From Candidatus Bathyarchaeia archaeon (lineage in GTDB: Archaea; Thermoproteota; Bathyarchaeia; 40CM-2-53-6), in the NCBI GenBank assembly GCA_049513715.1, contig JBEKVV010000006.1, positions 32,001-96,000 of the forward strand: DNA of 64,000 nt, read 5' to 3'. Positions 48,515-58,245 of this stretch are shown in pieces (position 1 is the first letter of the stretch; each line of letters opens with the position of its first letter). Below the pieces are notes generated by a model. That model did not search any database. It had not been told where the DNA came from and saw only the letters and a program-made list of their open reading frames with translations. Both the position numbers and the translations under genes were made by a program.

Positions 48515-49663
48515 TTGACAAGGCCGCCATGGACCATGCGCACGAACCTAAGTGAGGCACCGATTTTCGTCTGTTGGGAAACAACCAAAGCCTGTTTACT
48601 CGCGTGCAGGCATTGTAGGGCTAAAGCAATCAGAAAATCCCTACCAGAAGAACTGAGCCACGAGCAGGGAATAGCCCTAATTGACCAATTGGTAGAATTC
48701 GGGGAACCATACCCGGCACTGCTCTTGACGGGCGGGGATCCTTTGATGCGTGAGGATTTCTTCGACCTCATCGCACACGCCAAGAAACTTGGAATCTACG
48801 TTGCAGTAGCGGCTAGCGTAACACCAAAACTGAACGAAGATTCAATCAAGCGAATGAAGGAGCTTGACGTTGACATAATGTCCGTAAGCCTCGACGGATC
48901 AACACCCAAAACTCACGATAAACTCCGAGGTGTCCCAGGGACATGGGCCGAGACAGTAAGATCCCTCAAACTTGCTAGGGATCGAGGGTTGAGAGCTCAG
49001 ATCAACACCACAGTAATGCGGAGCAACATTGAGGAGTTGCCTGACATTTTCCACATAGTGAGAGAGGCTGGTTCGGTCGCTTGGGAAGTTTTCTTCCTCA
49101 TACGCACAGGCCGAGGCGCGGCCCTAGAGAGTCTCGAACCCGCTGAGTGTGAAGAGGTGATGCATTTCCTCTACGAGGCCGCTCAGTATGGCATCCCAGT
49201 GAGGACTGCGGAGGGCCCACACTTCAGAAGAGTTCGGGCTCAGCGTGAGAGCAATCAGGCCACTCCAAACGGGGAACTTTACGAGCGGCTCAAGGCGAAA
49301 CTATTGGACCTGGAGGGGAAGCCCACCAACCCACCCTCCCTGAAGATGACGCCGACAAGAGATGGCAAAGGCATAGTATTCATCGCGCATAATGGGGAAG
49401 TACATCCTAGCGGCTTTCTCCCAATCAAATCAGGCAAGGTGCCAGAGGCTCACCTGACCACGATTTACAGAACCAACCCCCTCTTCGTGTCTCTAAGAGA
49501 TCCTTCGCAGCTGAAAGGACGTTGTGGAAGATGCGAATACAACACAATTTGTGGCGGCTCAAGGTCAAGAGCATTCGCCGAATTCGGCGACCCACTCGGA
49601 GAAGACCCGGCCTGCATGTATACCCCCAATTCTGTAGACATGACCCAAGCGATGACCGCATGA
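48515..49663 (+). CDS. Radical SAM/SPASM protein, NirJ/AhbD-like (haem-related)
   Basis: WETTKACLLACRHCRA, TGGDPLMR, SLDG..HDKLRG, GRCGRCEY..ICGGSRSRA...EDPAC. Confidence 0.82.
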   Translation: MTRPPWTMRTNLSEAPIFVCWETTKACLLACRHCRAKAIRKSLPEELSHEQGIALIDQLVEFGEPYPALLLTGGDPLMREDFFDLIAHAKKLGIYVAVAASVTPKLNEDSIKRMKELDVDIMSVSLDGSTPKTHDKLRGVPGTWAETVRSLKLARDRGLRAQINTTVMRSNIEELPDIFHIVREAGSVAWEVFFLIRTGRGAALESLEPAECEEVMHFLYEAAQYGIPVRTAEGPHFRRVRAQRESNQATPNGELYERLKAKLLDLEGKPTNPPSLKMTPTRDGKGIVFIAHNGEVHPSGFLPIKSGKVPEAHLTTIYRTNPLFVSLRDPSQLKGRCGRCEYNTICGGSRSRAFAEFGDPLGEDPACMYTPNSVDMTQAMTA

Positions 49664-49699
49664 GTTGAACAGGAGCCTTTAGAGCAAGATGCCGATGAA

Positions 49700-49852
49700 T
49701 TGGGCAGGTCAACATTGCTGCCGGGAGAATTCTGTGGGTTCTGTGGGCGCGCACTAGAAGCTCCTTTGAAGACATGCAAGAACTGTGCCAATACGATGTG
49801 CGAGCTTTGCATCGTGGAGCACGAAAGAACATGCCTCGCCAAGCAGAGCTAG
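49700..49852 (+). CDS. Small Cys-rich zinc-finger-like protein
   Basis: FCGFCG...TCKNCANTMCELCIVEHERTC; below the ORF-track cutoff; start uncertain. Confidence 0.6.
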   Translation: MGRSTLLPGEFCGFCGRALEAPLKTCKNCANTMCELCIVEHERTCLAKQS

Positions 49853-49916
49853 TTCTTATGCCTGAATAGAAATCGAATGCGGTTGGGCTTCGTTCGGGTT
49901 CTTAATGCACGAGAAG

Positions 49917-49936
49917 TATATAACGAACGTTATATA
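49917..49936. promoter_or_regulatory. Palindromic operator, copy B (TetR autoregulation candidate)
   Basis: Perfect TATATAACG-AA-CGTTATATA about 40 nt upstream of the TetR gene. Confidence 0.75.
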
Positions 49937-49976
49937 GAACGCCATTCCAGAAAACGAAACGTCGAGTTGACCACTC

Positions 49977-50570
49977 ACGACTCCAAACGAATCCTCTGAG
50001 CAACACATACTCGAAGTCGCGAAAGCATTGTTCACGGAACGCGGCTTTGCTAATGTGTCAGTTCGCGATATCTGTCGCAAAGCGCGCGTGACGGCCCCAA
50101 CAGTCTACTATCATTTCAAAAACAAGGAAGGCCTGTTCGACGCGGTGGTTCGCGAAACAGTAACCATGGCCGAATTCACTTCTGAATTAGAGCAGGAGTG
50201 CGGAAAGGCATTGCACTCCACTGACAAGATTAAGGCTTTCACCGAGATGTATCTGTCTTCGTTTCCTATCAAGCTGATAAACACCGGCCTCTACCTCAAA
50301 GGCTCAACTGCGCTTGACGCTGTGGGCGCAAGTACGCTGATGTCCGAGTTCGCGCGCATACAATCAATTCTCGTTCAGATAATCCGCTCAGGGATTGCGT
50401 CTGGGGAACTCAGGAAGACTGACGCTAATATGGCGTCCGAATGCTTACTTGGAATGATGCATAGGTTCGTGTTTCAGCGAATCCACTTCCAACGTGGTTA
50501 CAACCCATCAGAAGCGGCCTCCTACTTGTCTGAGTTCTTCTTGAAGGCCATGAAACGGGCAGAGAGTTGA
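49977..50570 (+). CDS. TetR/AcrR family regulator
   Basis: EQHILEVAKALFTERGF...VRDIC...PTVYYHFKNKEGLF; helix 1 lies upstream of the TTG at 50028; probable ACG start at 49977. Confidence 0.88.
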   Translation, partial: TTPNESSEQHILEVAKALFTERGFANVSVRDICRKARVTAPTVYYHFKNKEGLFDAVVRETVTMAEFTSELEQECGKALHSTDKIKAFTEMYLSSFPIKLINTGLYLKGSTALDAVGASTLMSEFARIQSILVQIIRSGIASGELRKTDANMASECLLGMMHRFVFQRIHFQRGYNPSEAASYLSEFFLKAMKRAES

Positions 50571-50591
50571 CATCAGTCAGGGAAGACCAGA

Positions 50592-51506
50592 ATGAAGACT
50601 CGTCTGCTTCTGGGCACGCGGGGGAGCCCTCTTGCGCTCGCACAGACAAATGAAGTGATTGAATCGTTGAAGAATGTCGCCCCTAGCATGCGGTTCGAGG
50701 TTGTGCCGATTAAGACAAAGGGAGACAAACTGCACGACACAGGAATAACCGTCGAGGGGAAGAGCATCTTCACAAAGGAGATAGAGGAATCTCTCGCGAA
50801 AGCAGAGATCGATGTAGCTATTCACAGCATGAAAGACCTAGTTGTTGAGTTGCCGCCTGGTTTAGTTATAGCGGCCGTTCCGAAAAGGGTTAACCCAAGG
50901 GACGCATTGATTTCTCGGAACAAACGGAAGCTCAACGATCTTCCAGGCGGGGCGCGAGTTGGGACAAGCAGCCCAAGACGGAAAGCGCAGCTCCTAGCCG
51001 CACGCGGGGACTTGGAGATTCTAGATGCGCGCGGGAACATCGGTACACGGCTCGTCAAGTTGAAGGACGGCGAATATGATGCCGTTGTGTTGGCAGCTGC
51101 AGGGCTCATCAGACTAGGCTTGGAGAGGGAAGTCACTGAGTTCATCTCAACAAGCGTCATGTTGCCCGCAGTCGGTCAAGGAGCACTAGCGATTGAAGCC
51201 AAAGAAACTGACGAACAAACGATAGGGCTTCTCTCGAAAATCGACGACAAACCAAGCCACATGGCAATTGAAGCTGAGAGAGCGTTCGCACGGAAATTGG
51301 GTGCCGATTGCAAAAAGCCGATAGCTGCATATGCTAAGTTAGAATCAGGAAAATTAAGCATCGAAGGCATGGTGGCCGCCCCGACCGGGAAAATGCTCGT
51401 GCGAGGTCGGATTATTTTCGACAGTCCGGACGCAAAGGAAGCTGGCGAGGCATTGGCCGAGGATATGCTCAGCAAAGGTGCAGCATCTGTTCTGGAGGCC
51501 TCATGA
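50592..51506 (+). CDS. hemC: Hydroxymethylbilane synthase
   Basis: GTRGSPLALAQ, FTKEIE, HSMKD, GTSSPRR, RGNIGTRL, PAVGQG, GADCKKPI. Confidence 0.93.
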   Translation: MKTRLLLGTRGSPLALAQTNEVIESLKNVAPSMRFEVVPIKTKGDKLHDTGITVEGKSIFTKEIEESLAKAEIDVAIHSMKDLVVELPPGLVIAAVPKRVNPRDALISRNKRKLNDLPGGARVGTSSPRRKAQLLAARGDLEILDARGNIGTRLVKLKDGEYDAVVLAAAGLIRLGLEREVTEFISTSVMLPAVGQGALAIEAKETDEQTIGLLSKIDDKPSHMAIEAERAFARKLGADCKKPIAAYAKLESGKLSIEGMVAAPTGKMLVRGRIIFDSPDAKEAGEALAEDMLSKGAASVLEAS

Positions 51507-52285
51507 TGCAAACTGCGTCCATGAAGCGACTGTCTGGAATCAAGATCATGGTCACGCGCCCCAAAGAACAGACACAGGAACTCTCCGAACAGCTGCGAGC
51601 GCTAGGGGGCACTGTGATTGAGCTTCCCACAATCGAAATCCTGCCGCCAGCTGAGCTAGCTCCATTGGACGACGCTGCCCAGAATCTGAGGAACTATGAC
51701 TGGGTAATATTCACGAGCGTGCATGGCGTCCGGTCATTCCTTTCGCGGTTGAAGTCGCTGAATATTCCAATTCGGAATCTCGGTTTAACGAAGGTAGCAG
51801 CAATTGGGCCTGTGACAGCTTCAGCTCTCAAGAGCGTTGCGATTGAGCCAAAGTACGTGCCTAGCGAATACCTGCCCGAACGCATAGTTCAAGGTTTAGG
51901 CAACGTGCGCGGAAAACGAATACTCCTCCCGCGAGCTGACATAGCATCAAAGGTGCTTCCGACCTTACTTCGAGAGAATGGCGCCATAGTTGCTGAAGTC
52001 GCCGCGTATCGAACAGTTGTCCCACAAGAGCTGACCCTTGAAAGAGTCAAAGGGCTCTTCGCTGACGGCATTGACCTAGTGACTTTCACGAGCCCCTCCA
52101 CCGTAAGAAACCTAGTTCAAGTTGTTGGGAAAAATGAGTTGGTAGAGTTCTTGAGTAAAGTGAAACTGGCGTGCATTGGACCTGTGACTGTTGAAGCGGT
52201 AAGAGAGTTGGGTTTGGATGTTGAAATCATTAGTAGAGAACACACGGTCAATGGTTTAGTTGAGGCGATAGCGAATGAAATCTGA
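51503..52285 (+). CDS. hemD: Uroporphyrinogen-III synthase
   Basis: [34 protein letters not shown]. Confidence 0.9.
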   Translation: MMQTASMKRLSGIKIMVTRPKEQTQELSEQLRALGGTVIELPTIEILPPAELAPLDDAAQNLRNYDWVIFTSVHGVRSFLSRLKSLNIPIRNLGLTKVAAIGPVTASALKSVAIEPKYVPSEYLPERIVQGLGNVRGKRILLPRADIASKVLPTLLRENGAIVAEVAAYRTVVPQELTLERVKGLFADGIDLVTFTSPSTVRNLVQVVGKNELVEFLSKVKLACIGPVTVEAVRELGLDVEIISREHTVNGLVEAIANEI

Positions 52286-53285
52286 ACTCTATGAAACGAA
52301 ACTCAAGTTTGCTTTAACCGAGAGACCGAGGCGGCTGAGAAAGCTTCCATTACTCAGAGCCCTCGTGCAAGAAACCAGACTCTCCGCTGCAGACTTTGTC
52401 TATCCAATCTTTGTCGACCAGCGTCTAGCGAAGCGCGAGGAAATATCCTCGATGCCTGAGATATACCGGCTCGCAATGAAGGACATCCCCGCCGAAATTG
52501 AGGAAGTCAAGTCTCTAGAGATCTCAGCGGTACTGGTCTTTGGGTTGCCGGACCAGAAAAATCCGATGGCCACCGAAGCCTACGCTTGGGACGGAGTTGT
52601 GCAGCAAGCTATCAGGGCCATAAAAAAGGCGGCTCCCGAGCTGATCGTTGTCGCAGACCTCTGTCTTTGCGAATATACTGACCATGGCCATTGTGGCGTA
52701 GTTCAAGGCGGAAAAATAGACAATGACCAAACGTTAGAGCTACTCTCGAAGACTGCGGTTTCTCAAGCTGAAGCCGGCGCGGACATTGTGGCACCTAGCG
52801 GAATGATGGACGGCCAAGTCAAAGCAATTCGTACAGGGCTAGACGAGGGGGGGTTCGCGGATACTACCATAATGTCTTACGCGGCAAAGTACGCATCCTC
52901 ATTCTACGGACCGTTCCGCGAGGCAGCTGAATGTGCCCCCGTCTGGGGGGATAGGCGAAGCTACCAAATGGATCCGCCAAACAGACGAGAGGCCCTGAAA
53001 GAAATCGCAATGGATATCGACCAGGGGGCAGACATAGTCATGGTTAAACCTGCTCTGAGCTACTTGGACGTGATCCACGCCGCGCGAGCCGAATTCCAAG
53101 TACCAATAGCCGCTTACAATGTGAGCGGCGAGTACGCCATGGTCAAAGCCGCGGCCCGCAATGGTTGGCTTAATGAAAGATCCATCGCCCTAGAAATCCT
53201 AACGGGCATCAAGCGGGCAGGCGCAGACATCATCATCACATATTTCGCGAAGCAAGCATCGCGATGGTTGCAGGAAAACAAGTAA
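52275..53285 (+). CDS. hemB: Porphobilinogen synthase
   Basis: [47 protein letters not shown]. Confidence 0.95.
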   Translation: MKSELYETKLKFALTERPRRLRKLPLLRALVQETRLSAADFVYPIFVDQRLAKREEISSMPEIYRLAMKDIPAEIEEVKSLEISAVLVFGLPDQKNPMATEAYAWDGVVQQAIRAIKKAAPELIVVADLCLCEYTDHGHCGVVQGGKIDNDQTLELLSKTAVSQAEAGADIVAPSGMMDGQVKAIRTGLDEGGFADTTIMSYAAKYASSFYGPFREAAECAPVWGDRRSYQMDPPNRREALKEIAMDIDQGADIVMVKPALSYLDVIHAARAEFQVPIAAYNVSGEYAMVKAAARNGWLNERSIALEILTGIKRAGADIIITYFAKQASRWLQENK

Positions 53286-54004
53286 TGAAAACACAGATTT
53301 CAACGGAAACAAAACCTGTCGAGACGACAGAAAGAGAGTTCCTCAAGTACACGTTCTTCAAAGTCGGCTCTCAATGGCGTGGACTGGACAGAAGTGAGAA
53401 GGAAGCTTCCAAGCAACAGTTCACCTCCATCGTCGAAAATTTCGCGGAAGAGAATCTTCTGAAGAGTTATTCACTCGTCGGCATTCGTGGCGATGCAGAT
53501 ATCATGCTGTGGAGAATCAGCAAAGAGCTCGAAGCGTTCCAGGACTTCACTTCGCAGCTCCTTGCATCACGGTTGGGTGAATTTCTTGAAATTCCGTACT
53601 CGTACCTTGCAATGTCTAGACAATCCGAATACCTCGGGAGCCACCATCATGAAGGACAAGAAGCCCCCACCCATTTTCCGAGTGATTCGAAGTACCTCTT
53701 CGTCTACCCGTTCGTCAAGAAGCGCGAGTGGTATTTCCTACCACATGAAGAAAGAAGACTCATGATGGCCCAACACTTCAAAATCGGCCACAAATACCCC
53801 TCCGTGAAAATCCACACAGGATATTCATTCGGACTCGACGATCAAGAATTCGTGTTGGCCTTCGAAACCGACAAACCTGCAGATTTCTCTGAACTCGTGA
53901 TGGAGCTTCGGAGCAGCGAAGCAGGCCGTTACACCGCCCTTGAAACTCCATTGTTCACATGCATAGCGATGGATATCAACGAAATTCTCAACCTACTCGG
54001 ATAG
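53285..54004 (+). CDS. Chlorite-dismutase-family protein, probable coproheme decarboxylase (ChdC/HemQ)
   Basis: FVYPFVK.REWY, MMAQH, YSFGLDDQEF, LVMELR; haem-operon context; TAATG coupling. Confidence 0.8.
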   Translation: MKTQISTETKPVETTEREFLKYTFFKVGSQWRGLDRSEKEASKQQFTSIVENFAEENLLKSYSLVGIRGDADIMLWRISKELEAFQDFTSQLLASRLGEFLEIPYSYLAMSRQSEYLGSHHHEGQEAPTHFPSDSKYLFVYPFVKKREWYFLPHEERRLMMAQHFKIGHKYPSVKIHTGYSFGLDDQEFVLAFETDKPADFSELVMELRSSEAGRYTALETPLFTCIAMDINEILNLLG

Positions 54005-54094
54005 AATCCTACACCACTTCAATTTCATTGTGAAACCCTTGACGGTACAACAGTGCACGAAAAAACTACCAAGAAGAACACAGCCGTGTAGGCC

Positions 54095-55126
54095 TTGAAT
54101 GATCGCTTTCTGAAAGCTTGCAGGCGTCAAGTCGTTGACGAAACACCTGTCTGGTTCATGCGTCAAGCGGGTAGATACCTGCCGCAGTACAGGAAGATCA
54201 GGGAGAAACATGATGTAGTGTCCATTTGCAAAGACCCTGACTTGTGCTCCCAAGTCACCACACTTCCCGTTGACGTGCTCGGCGTGGATGCGGCCATAAT
54301 GTTCGCGGACATAATGCTCCCCCTCGAAGGCTTGGGCGTGGAATTTGAAATCAAGGAAGGCGTGGGACCAATTATCCAAAAACCGATCCGAGACCTGCAG
54401 ACAGCTCAGTCCCTAAGTGATCTCGATCCGAAGAACGATGTTCCATTCGTACTCGAAGCAATCAAGGAAACCAAGAAGCGTTTGGGCGGCCGAGTTCCGC
54501 TGATCGGTTTTTGCGGCGCACCGTTCACATTAGCCAGCTACATGATTGAAGGCCGGCCATCTCGAGATTTCGTGAACACGAAGACCTTGATGTACCGAGA
54601 TCCGAAAACATGGCAGCTCCTAATGGATGCACTGTCAACTGGAATGTCCCTCTACCTGCAAGCCCAGATTCGTGCAGGTGTTGACGCCGTACAGCTTTTT
54701 GACAGTTGGGTAGGCTGCCTGAGCCCGCAAGATTACCGGGAATACGTGCTCCCGTATTCACGACGGATTATGAAGGACCTTGAGGGAACAGGTGTGCCAC
54801 GTATTCATTTTGGGACTGGGACATCAAACTTCCTTGTCGAGATGAAAGAGGCGGGAGGGGATGTATTCAGCATAGATTGGAGAATCCCGATCGATGTAGC
54901 TTGGCAGAGGTTGGGTACGGATGTCGCAATTCAAGGAAATCTGGACCCAACGGTTCTTATGGCTGACCAAACCCTGATCGAATCTCAAGCCGCTGCAATC
55001 CTTAAGCGGGTCGGGGGGAGGCCCGGGCACATATTCAACTTAGGTCATGGTATGCTGCCAGAAGTCCCAACCGAGAAAGTTGTAGAGCTAGTGAAATTCG
55101 TTCACGAATCAACCAAACGAACATAA
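54095..55126 (+). CDS. hemE: Uroporphyrinogen decarboxylase
   Basis: PVWFMRQAGRYLP, DAAIMFADI, GAPFTLASY, QLFDSW, QGNLDP, FNLGHG. Confidence 0.95.
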   Translation: MNDRFLKACRRQVVDETPVWFMRQAGRYLPQYRKIREKHDVVSICKDPDLCSQVTTLPVDVLGVDAAIMFADIMLPLEGLGVEFEIKEGVGPIIQKPIRDLQTAQSLSDLDPKNDVPFVLEAIKETKKRLGGRVPLIGFCGAPFTLASYMIEGRPSRDFVNTKTLMYRDPKTWQLLMDALSTGMSLYLQAQIRAGVDAVQLFDSWVGCLSPQDYREYVLPYSRRIMKDLEGTGVPRIHFGTGTSNFLVEMKEAGGDVFSIDWRIPIDVAWQRLGTDVAIQGNLDPTVLMADQTLIESQAAAILKRVGGRPGHIFNLGHGMLPEVPTEKVVELVKFVHESTKRT

Positions 55127-55142
55127 CTAAAGACCATCCAAG

Positions 55143-56075
55143 GTGAACAGTCTGTCCAAGACAGCCGTACTTCTCATGGCTTACGGGACGCCACGCTCAA
55201 CAGCCGAGATTGAGCCGTACCTCACCAACATACGCAGGGGTCGGAAACCAACCCCACAAGTGGTGGAGGAGCTCAAGGAACGGTACCGCAAGATTGGGGG
55301 GAAATCACCCCTTCTCGAAATCACAAACAACCAGGCCTCAGCGTTGGAAGTCTCACTGAAAACAGGTGGGCTTGATGCTCGCGTCTACGTTGGCATGAAG
55401 CATTGGCACCCCTACGTCAAAGAAGTCGTTCCGAAAATTGCGGATGATGGCTTCCAACGAATAATCGCCTTGGCCCTAGCACCACACTATTCCGAAATCA
55501 GCATCGGTGGTTATCGGGAGGCTCTCCAAGAAGCCCTGCGGCAATTCCCGAAAGTGGAGCTCGATTTTATTGAGAGTTGGTTTGACAACTCATTGTTTCG
55601 TAGAGCAGTCGCCGACAAGGTTAAGGAAGGTCTCAAGAAGTTCCCAGCTTCCTCTGAGGTTCAAATGGTGTTCACAGCGCACAGTCTCCCGGAACGAATA
55701 CTACAGAAAAACGACCCATACCCAGACCAACTGCGCTCATCCTGCGAAGGTGTAGCGAGGCTTCTAGATCTCGACGATTGGGCTTTCGCCTACCAGAGCG
55801 CAGGCCAAACAGACGAGAAATGGCTAGGGCCAGACATCCTAAAGTACCTCGGCCAGTTAGACTCCAACGCTAACGCGACAAGAAACATCTTAGTGATTCC
55901 GATCGGTTTCGTGGCGGACCACTTGGAAATCCTGTACGACATCGACATAGAGGCACAAGAATTCGCCAAAACTCACGGGTTGAACCTCAGCAGAACAGGT
56001 TCCCTAAACGCAACACCAACCTTCATCGCAGCACTCGCAGACATAGTCATGAAGCACGTGAACAGGACCAGCTAA
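55143..56075 (+). CDS. hemH: Ferrochelatase (coproporphyrin/CpfC-like)
   Basis: LLMAYGTP, RYRKIGG.SPL, GMKHWHP, LAPHYS, FTAHSLP, YQSAG...WLGPD, GFVADHLEILYDID (monoderm-type signature). Confidence 0.9.
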   Translation: MNSLSKTAVLLMAYGTPRSTAEIEPYLTNIRRGRKPTPQVVEELKERYRKIGGKSPLLEITNNQASALEVSLKTGGLDARVYVGMKHWHPYVKEVVPKIADDGFQRIIALALAPHYSEISIGGYREALQEALRQFPKVELDFIESWFDNSLFRRAVADKVKEGLKKFPASSEVQMVFTAHSLPERILQKNDPYPDQLRSSCEGVARLLDLDDWAFAYQSAGQTDEKWLGPDILKYLGQLDSNANATRNILVIPIGFVADHLEILYDIDIEAQEFAKTHGLNLSRTGSLNATPTFIAALADIVMKHVNRTS

Positions 56076-56283
56076 TCCGTCAACACTCTCAACGCCGAAT
56101 TCAAGGAAACTATAACCATCAACGATGAAGGATTTCAATTTCGCCCTAGGCTGCATGAAAGAAGAAATGTGAGAGTTGGCTAACACTGTGGGGACGCGGT
56201 TCTGTTCTGCCGGCTGCATGCCATACAGCGTTGGTGTAAGTAATTACATTCGAGCGATGAGGACTCAACACAGCCCTCGGTGA

Positions 56284-57447
56284 TCAGACTACAACCTTTG
56301 TTACGATCTCTTCTTTATATCCCGTGATTACCCGCCTGTACCCCGACAGCATTTCGTTCAGATCGACATCGCCCGTGTCCAAGCGAAGTGTTTTTCCTCC
56401 TTGAATCGAAGAGAGCTTGTTTCGAGTCGCTATAATCCACACGTTTTCGACGCCGACTTTTCGTATGACTTTGGGGCTGATTTGTTGGTTTCCCCTCCCA
56501 AAGATGAACCCCTGTCGCCCAATAGGCGAAACAACAATCTTCACTTTCCTCCCCTCAATCACCCTCAGTAACTGCTCCTCGTTCGCATCAGACAGAACAG
56601 TTTTTCCTCTGTTTACGACATCGATACCGAGGAGTGTTTTTGTCGCCGTGAGACGATCAGCAACTGCTTTTACAGTGGTTCCTGGGCCCAAGACGTAGTA
56701 CCACTCGTCCTCCATCAGTTCCGCAACATAATCAGCAATGATCTGTTGACTCATTTTCTCGTCGAGTAGTGCGGAGCTCTCCCCTTTCGTCGATTGAATG
56801 AGCTCCTCCTCGTAAGGAACGCGCAGGTAACCGTATAGTTTCGCCGAAACGCGCCCCATTCGGAATGCTTCTTCATCAATATCCATCACTTCAGCTTCTC
56901 GCAGTTTAGTCTCACCCCGTAGAAATTTCGCTGCCAGCTCTCCAGCTTTTTGTGAGGTGACGCCGAAAACCCCCGAGTGGATCTTGACACCTGCCGGCAC
57001 ACCCAAAACGGGAACTGATTGCCCGACTGATTCGTATACATCCCTCGCGGTCCCGTCTCCCCCAACGAACATGATTAGTTCGACGTGCATGTTCATCATT
57101 TCTCTGGCCGCCGCTTTTGTGTCTGCCGCAGAAGTTGCACCCGATGATATTCCACTCACAACTTTGAAATCAAATCCGCATTCTCTCACTTCATCCTCAC
57201 CCATGCCGAGGGGGCAAGTTACGATCTCGAAATCGCCCCTCAGGGGTAAGAGACTTTGGAGAGCCTCAACAGCCCTCGCAGGTGAGACCTCAATTGCGCC
57301 AAGCTCTCTTGCTTTTTGAACTGTTGCCTTGCCGTCAGTCCCCTTAAGACCCACTTTCCCTCCCATTCCGGCAATCGGGTTCACGATGAGCCCCAGCTTT
57401 CTTGACTTTGAATCGGTGGTCTCACTCTTGAGATCTTCAATTCTCAC
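56284..57447 (-). CDS. ATP-NAD kinase-like family protein
   Basis: GLIVNPIAGMGG, VGGDGTARD, GVPAGVK, GRGNQQ; start uncertain (ORF track extends to 57633). Confidence 0.82.
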   Translation of the reverse strand: MRIEDLKSETTDSKSRKLGLIVNPIAGMGGKVGLKGTDGKATVQKARELGAIEVSPARAVEALQSLLPLRGDFEIVTCPLGMGEDEVRECGFDFKVVSGISSGATSAADTKAAAREMMNMHVELIMFVGGDGTARDVYESVGQSVPVLGVPAGVKIHSGVFGVTSQKAGELAAKFLRGETKLREAEVMDIDEEAFRMGRVSAKLYGYLRVPYEEELIQSTKGESSALLDEKMSQQIIADYVAELMEDEWYYVLGPGTTVKAVADRLTATKTLLGIDVVNRGKTVLSDANEEQLLRVIEGRKVKIVVSPIGRQGFIFGRGNQQISPKVIRKVGVENVWIIATRNKLSSIQGGKTLRLDTGDVDLNEMLSGYRRVITGYKEEIVTKVVV

Positions 57448-57717
57448 CTGCTCAGTCTGTCGGCCGTTGTCTACAGGCTTGATTCTAGCTAGACTTCCGC
57501 AGAAATTGCCCGACGCATCAGGGTTGCCGGTAATCATGCTACCTGCGAATACCTCGGTCTCATAATGCTGCGACTGGTGAATAGTAGATGCGCTAGGAAT
57601 TAGTGTGCTTACTCGACGAATGTATCTAGCCAACTACATTCACTCGCAATGAGTCAATATGTGGGATAAAATTCCTCTTTATGAATGCCCCCTAGAACCT
57701 CTAACCAATCTGGGGCG

Positions 57718-58176
57718 TTAAGGCTCAGAGGCTTGTCCATCATGGTCGCCAAGTACCATGTATGTTACAAGGCCTTTCGCGATTAGGAACCCAGCTTTGT
57801 CTCTAACGTTAGCTTCGCCGACCGCTGTACGTTTTCCTTTGTGTAAGATTCGGCCCTTTGCTCTGAGGAGCCCAGGTTTGGCTGGTGCGATGAAATTGAC
57901 CTTCAACTCTATGGTCGTGATGAACTCGGGGCCAGCAAGCATCGTGCACAGTGCCAATCCGACGGCTGAGTCAATGAGGGTGGCGGCTACGCCTCCGTGA
58001 GCAGCGCCCTTACCTTGTGTGAGATTTCTTCTCACATTCACTTGGATCGTGGATTGGCCGTAACTGACTCTCTGTAGAGTTATTCCCAGATACCTGTAAA
58101 AGGGCATGTCCTTCGCGGTTCGTCGAATCCAAGCGGCCTGATTAGTGGACAATCTCCTAGTCAACCAACGACACAT
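57718..58176 (-). CDS. PaaI family thioesterase
   Basis: AHGGVAATLIDSAVG, TIELKVNF. Confidence 0.85.
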   Translation of the reverse strand: MCRWLTRRLSTNQAAWIRRTAKDMPFYRYLGITLQRVSYGQSTIQVNVRRNLTQGKGAAHGGVAATLIDSAVGLALCTMLAGPEFITTIELKVNFIAPAKPGLLRAKGRILHKGKRTAVGEANVRDKAGFLIAKGLVTYMVLGDHDGQASEP

Positions 58177-58245
58177 CCAACCGGAGTAGCGTCCGACTGG
58201 AAGTACGGAAAAATAAGGGTGCGTTTGTTGGGGCCAGATCGCAGG

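Noticed and set aside
49661..49663. Selenocysteine TGA at the end of the rSAM gene
   Set aside because: The rSAM domain is already complete (EDPAC), the TGA is not at a Cys-equivalent position, and no SECIS was recognised.
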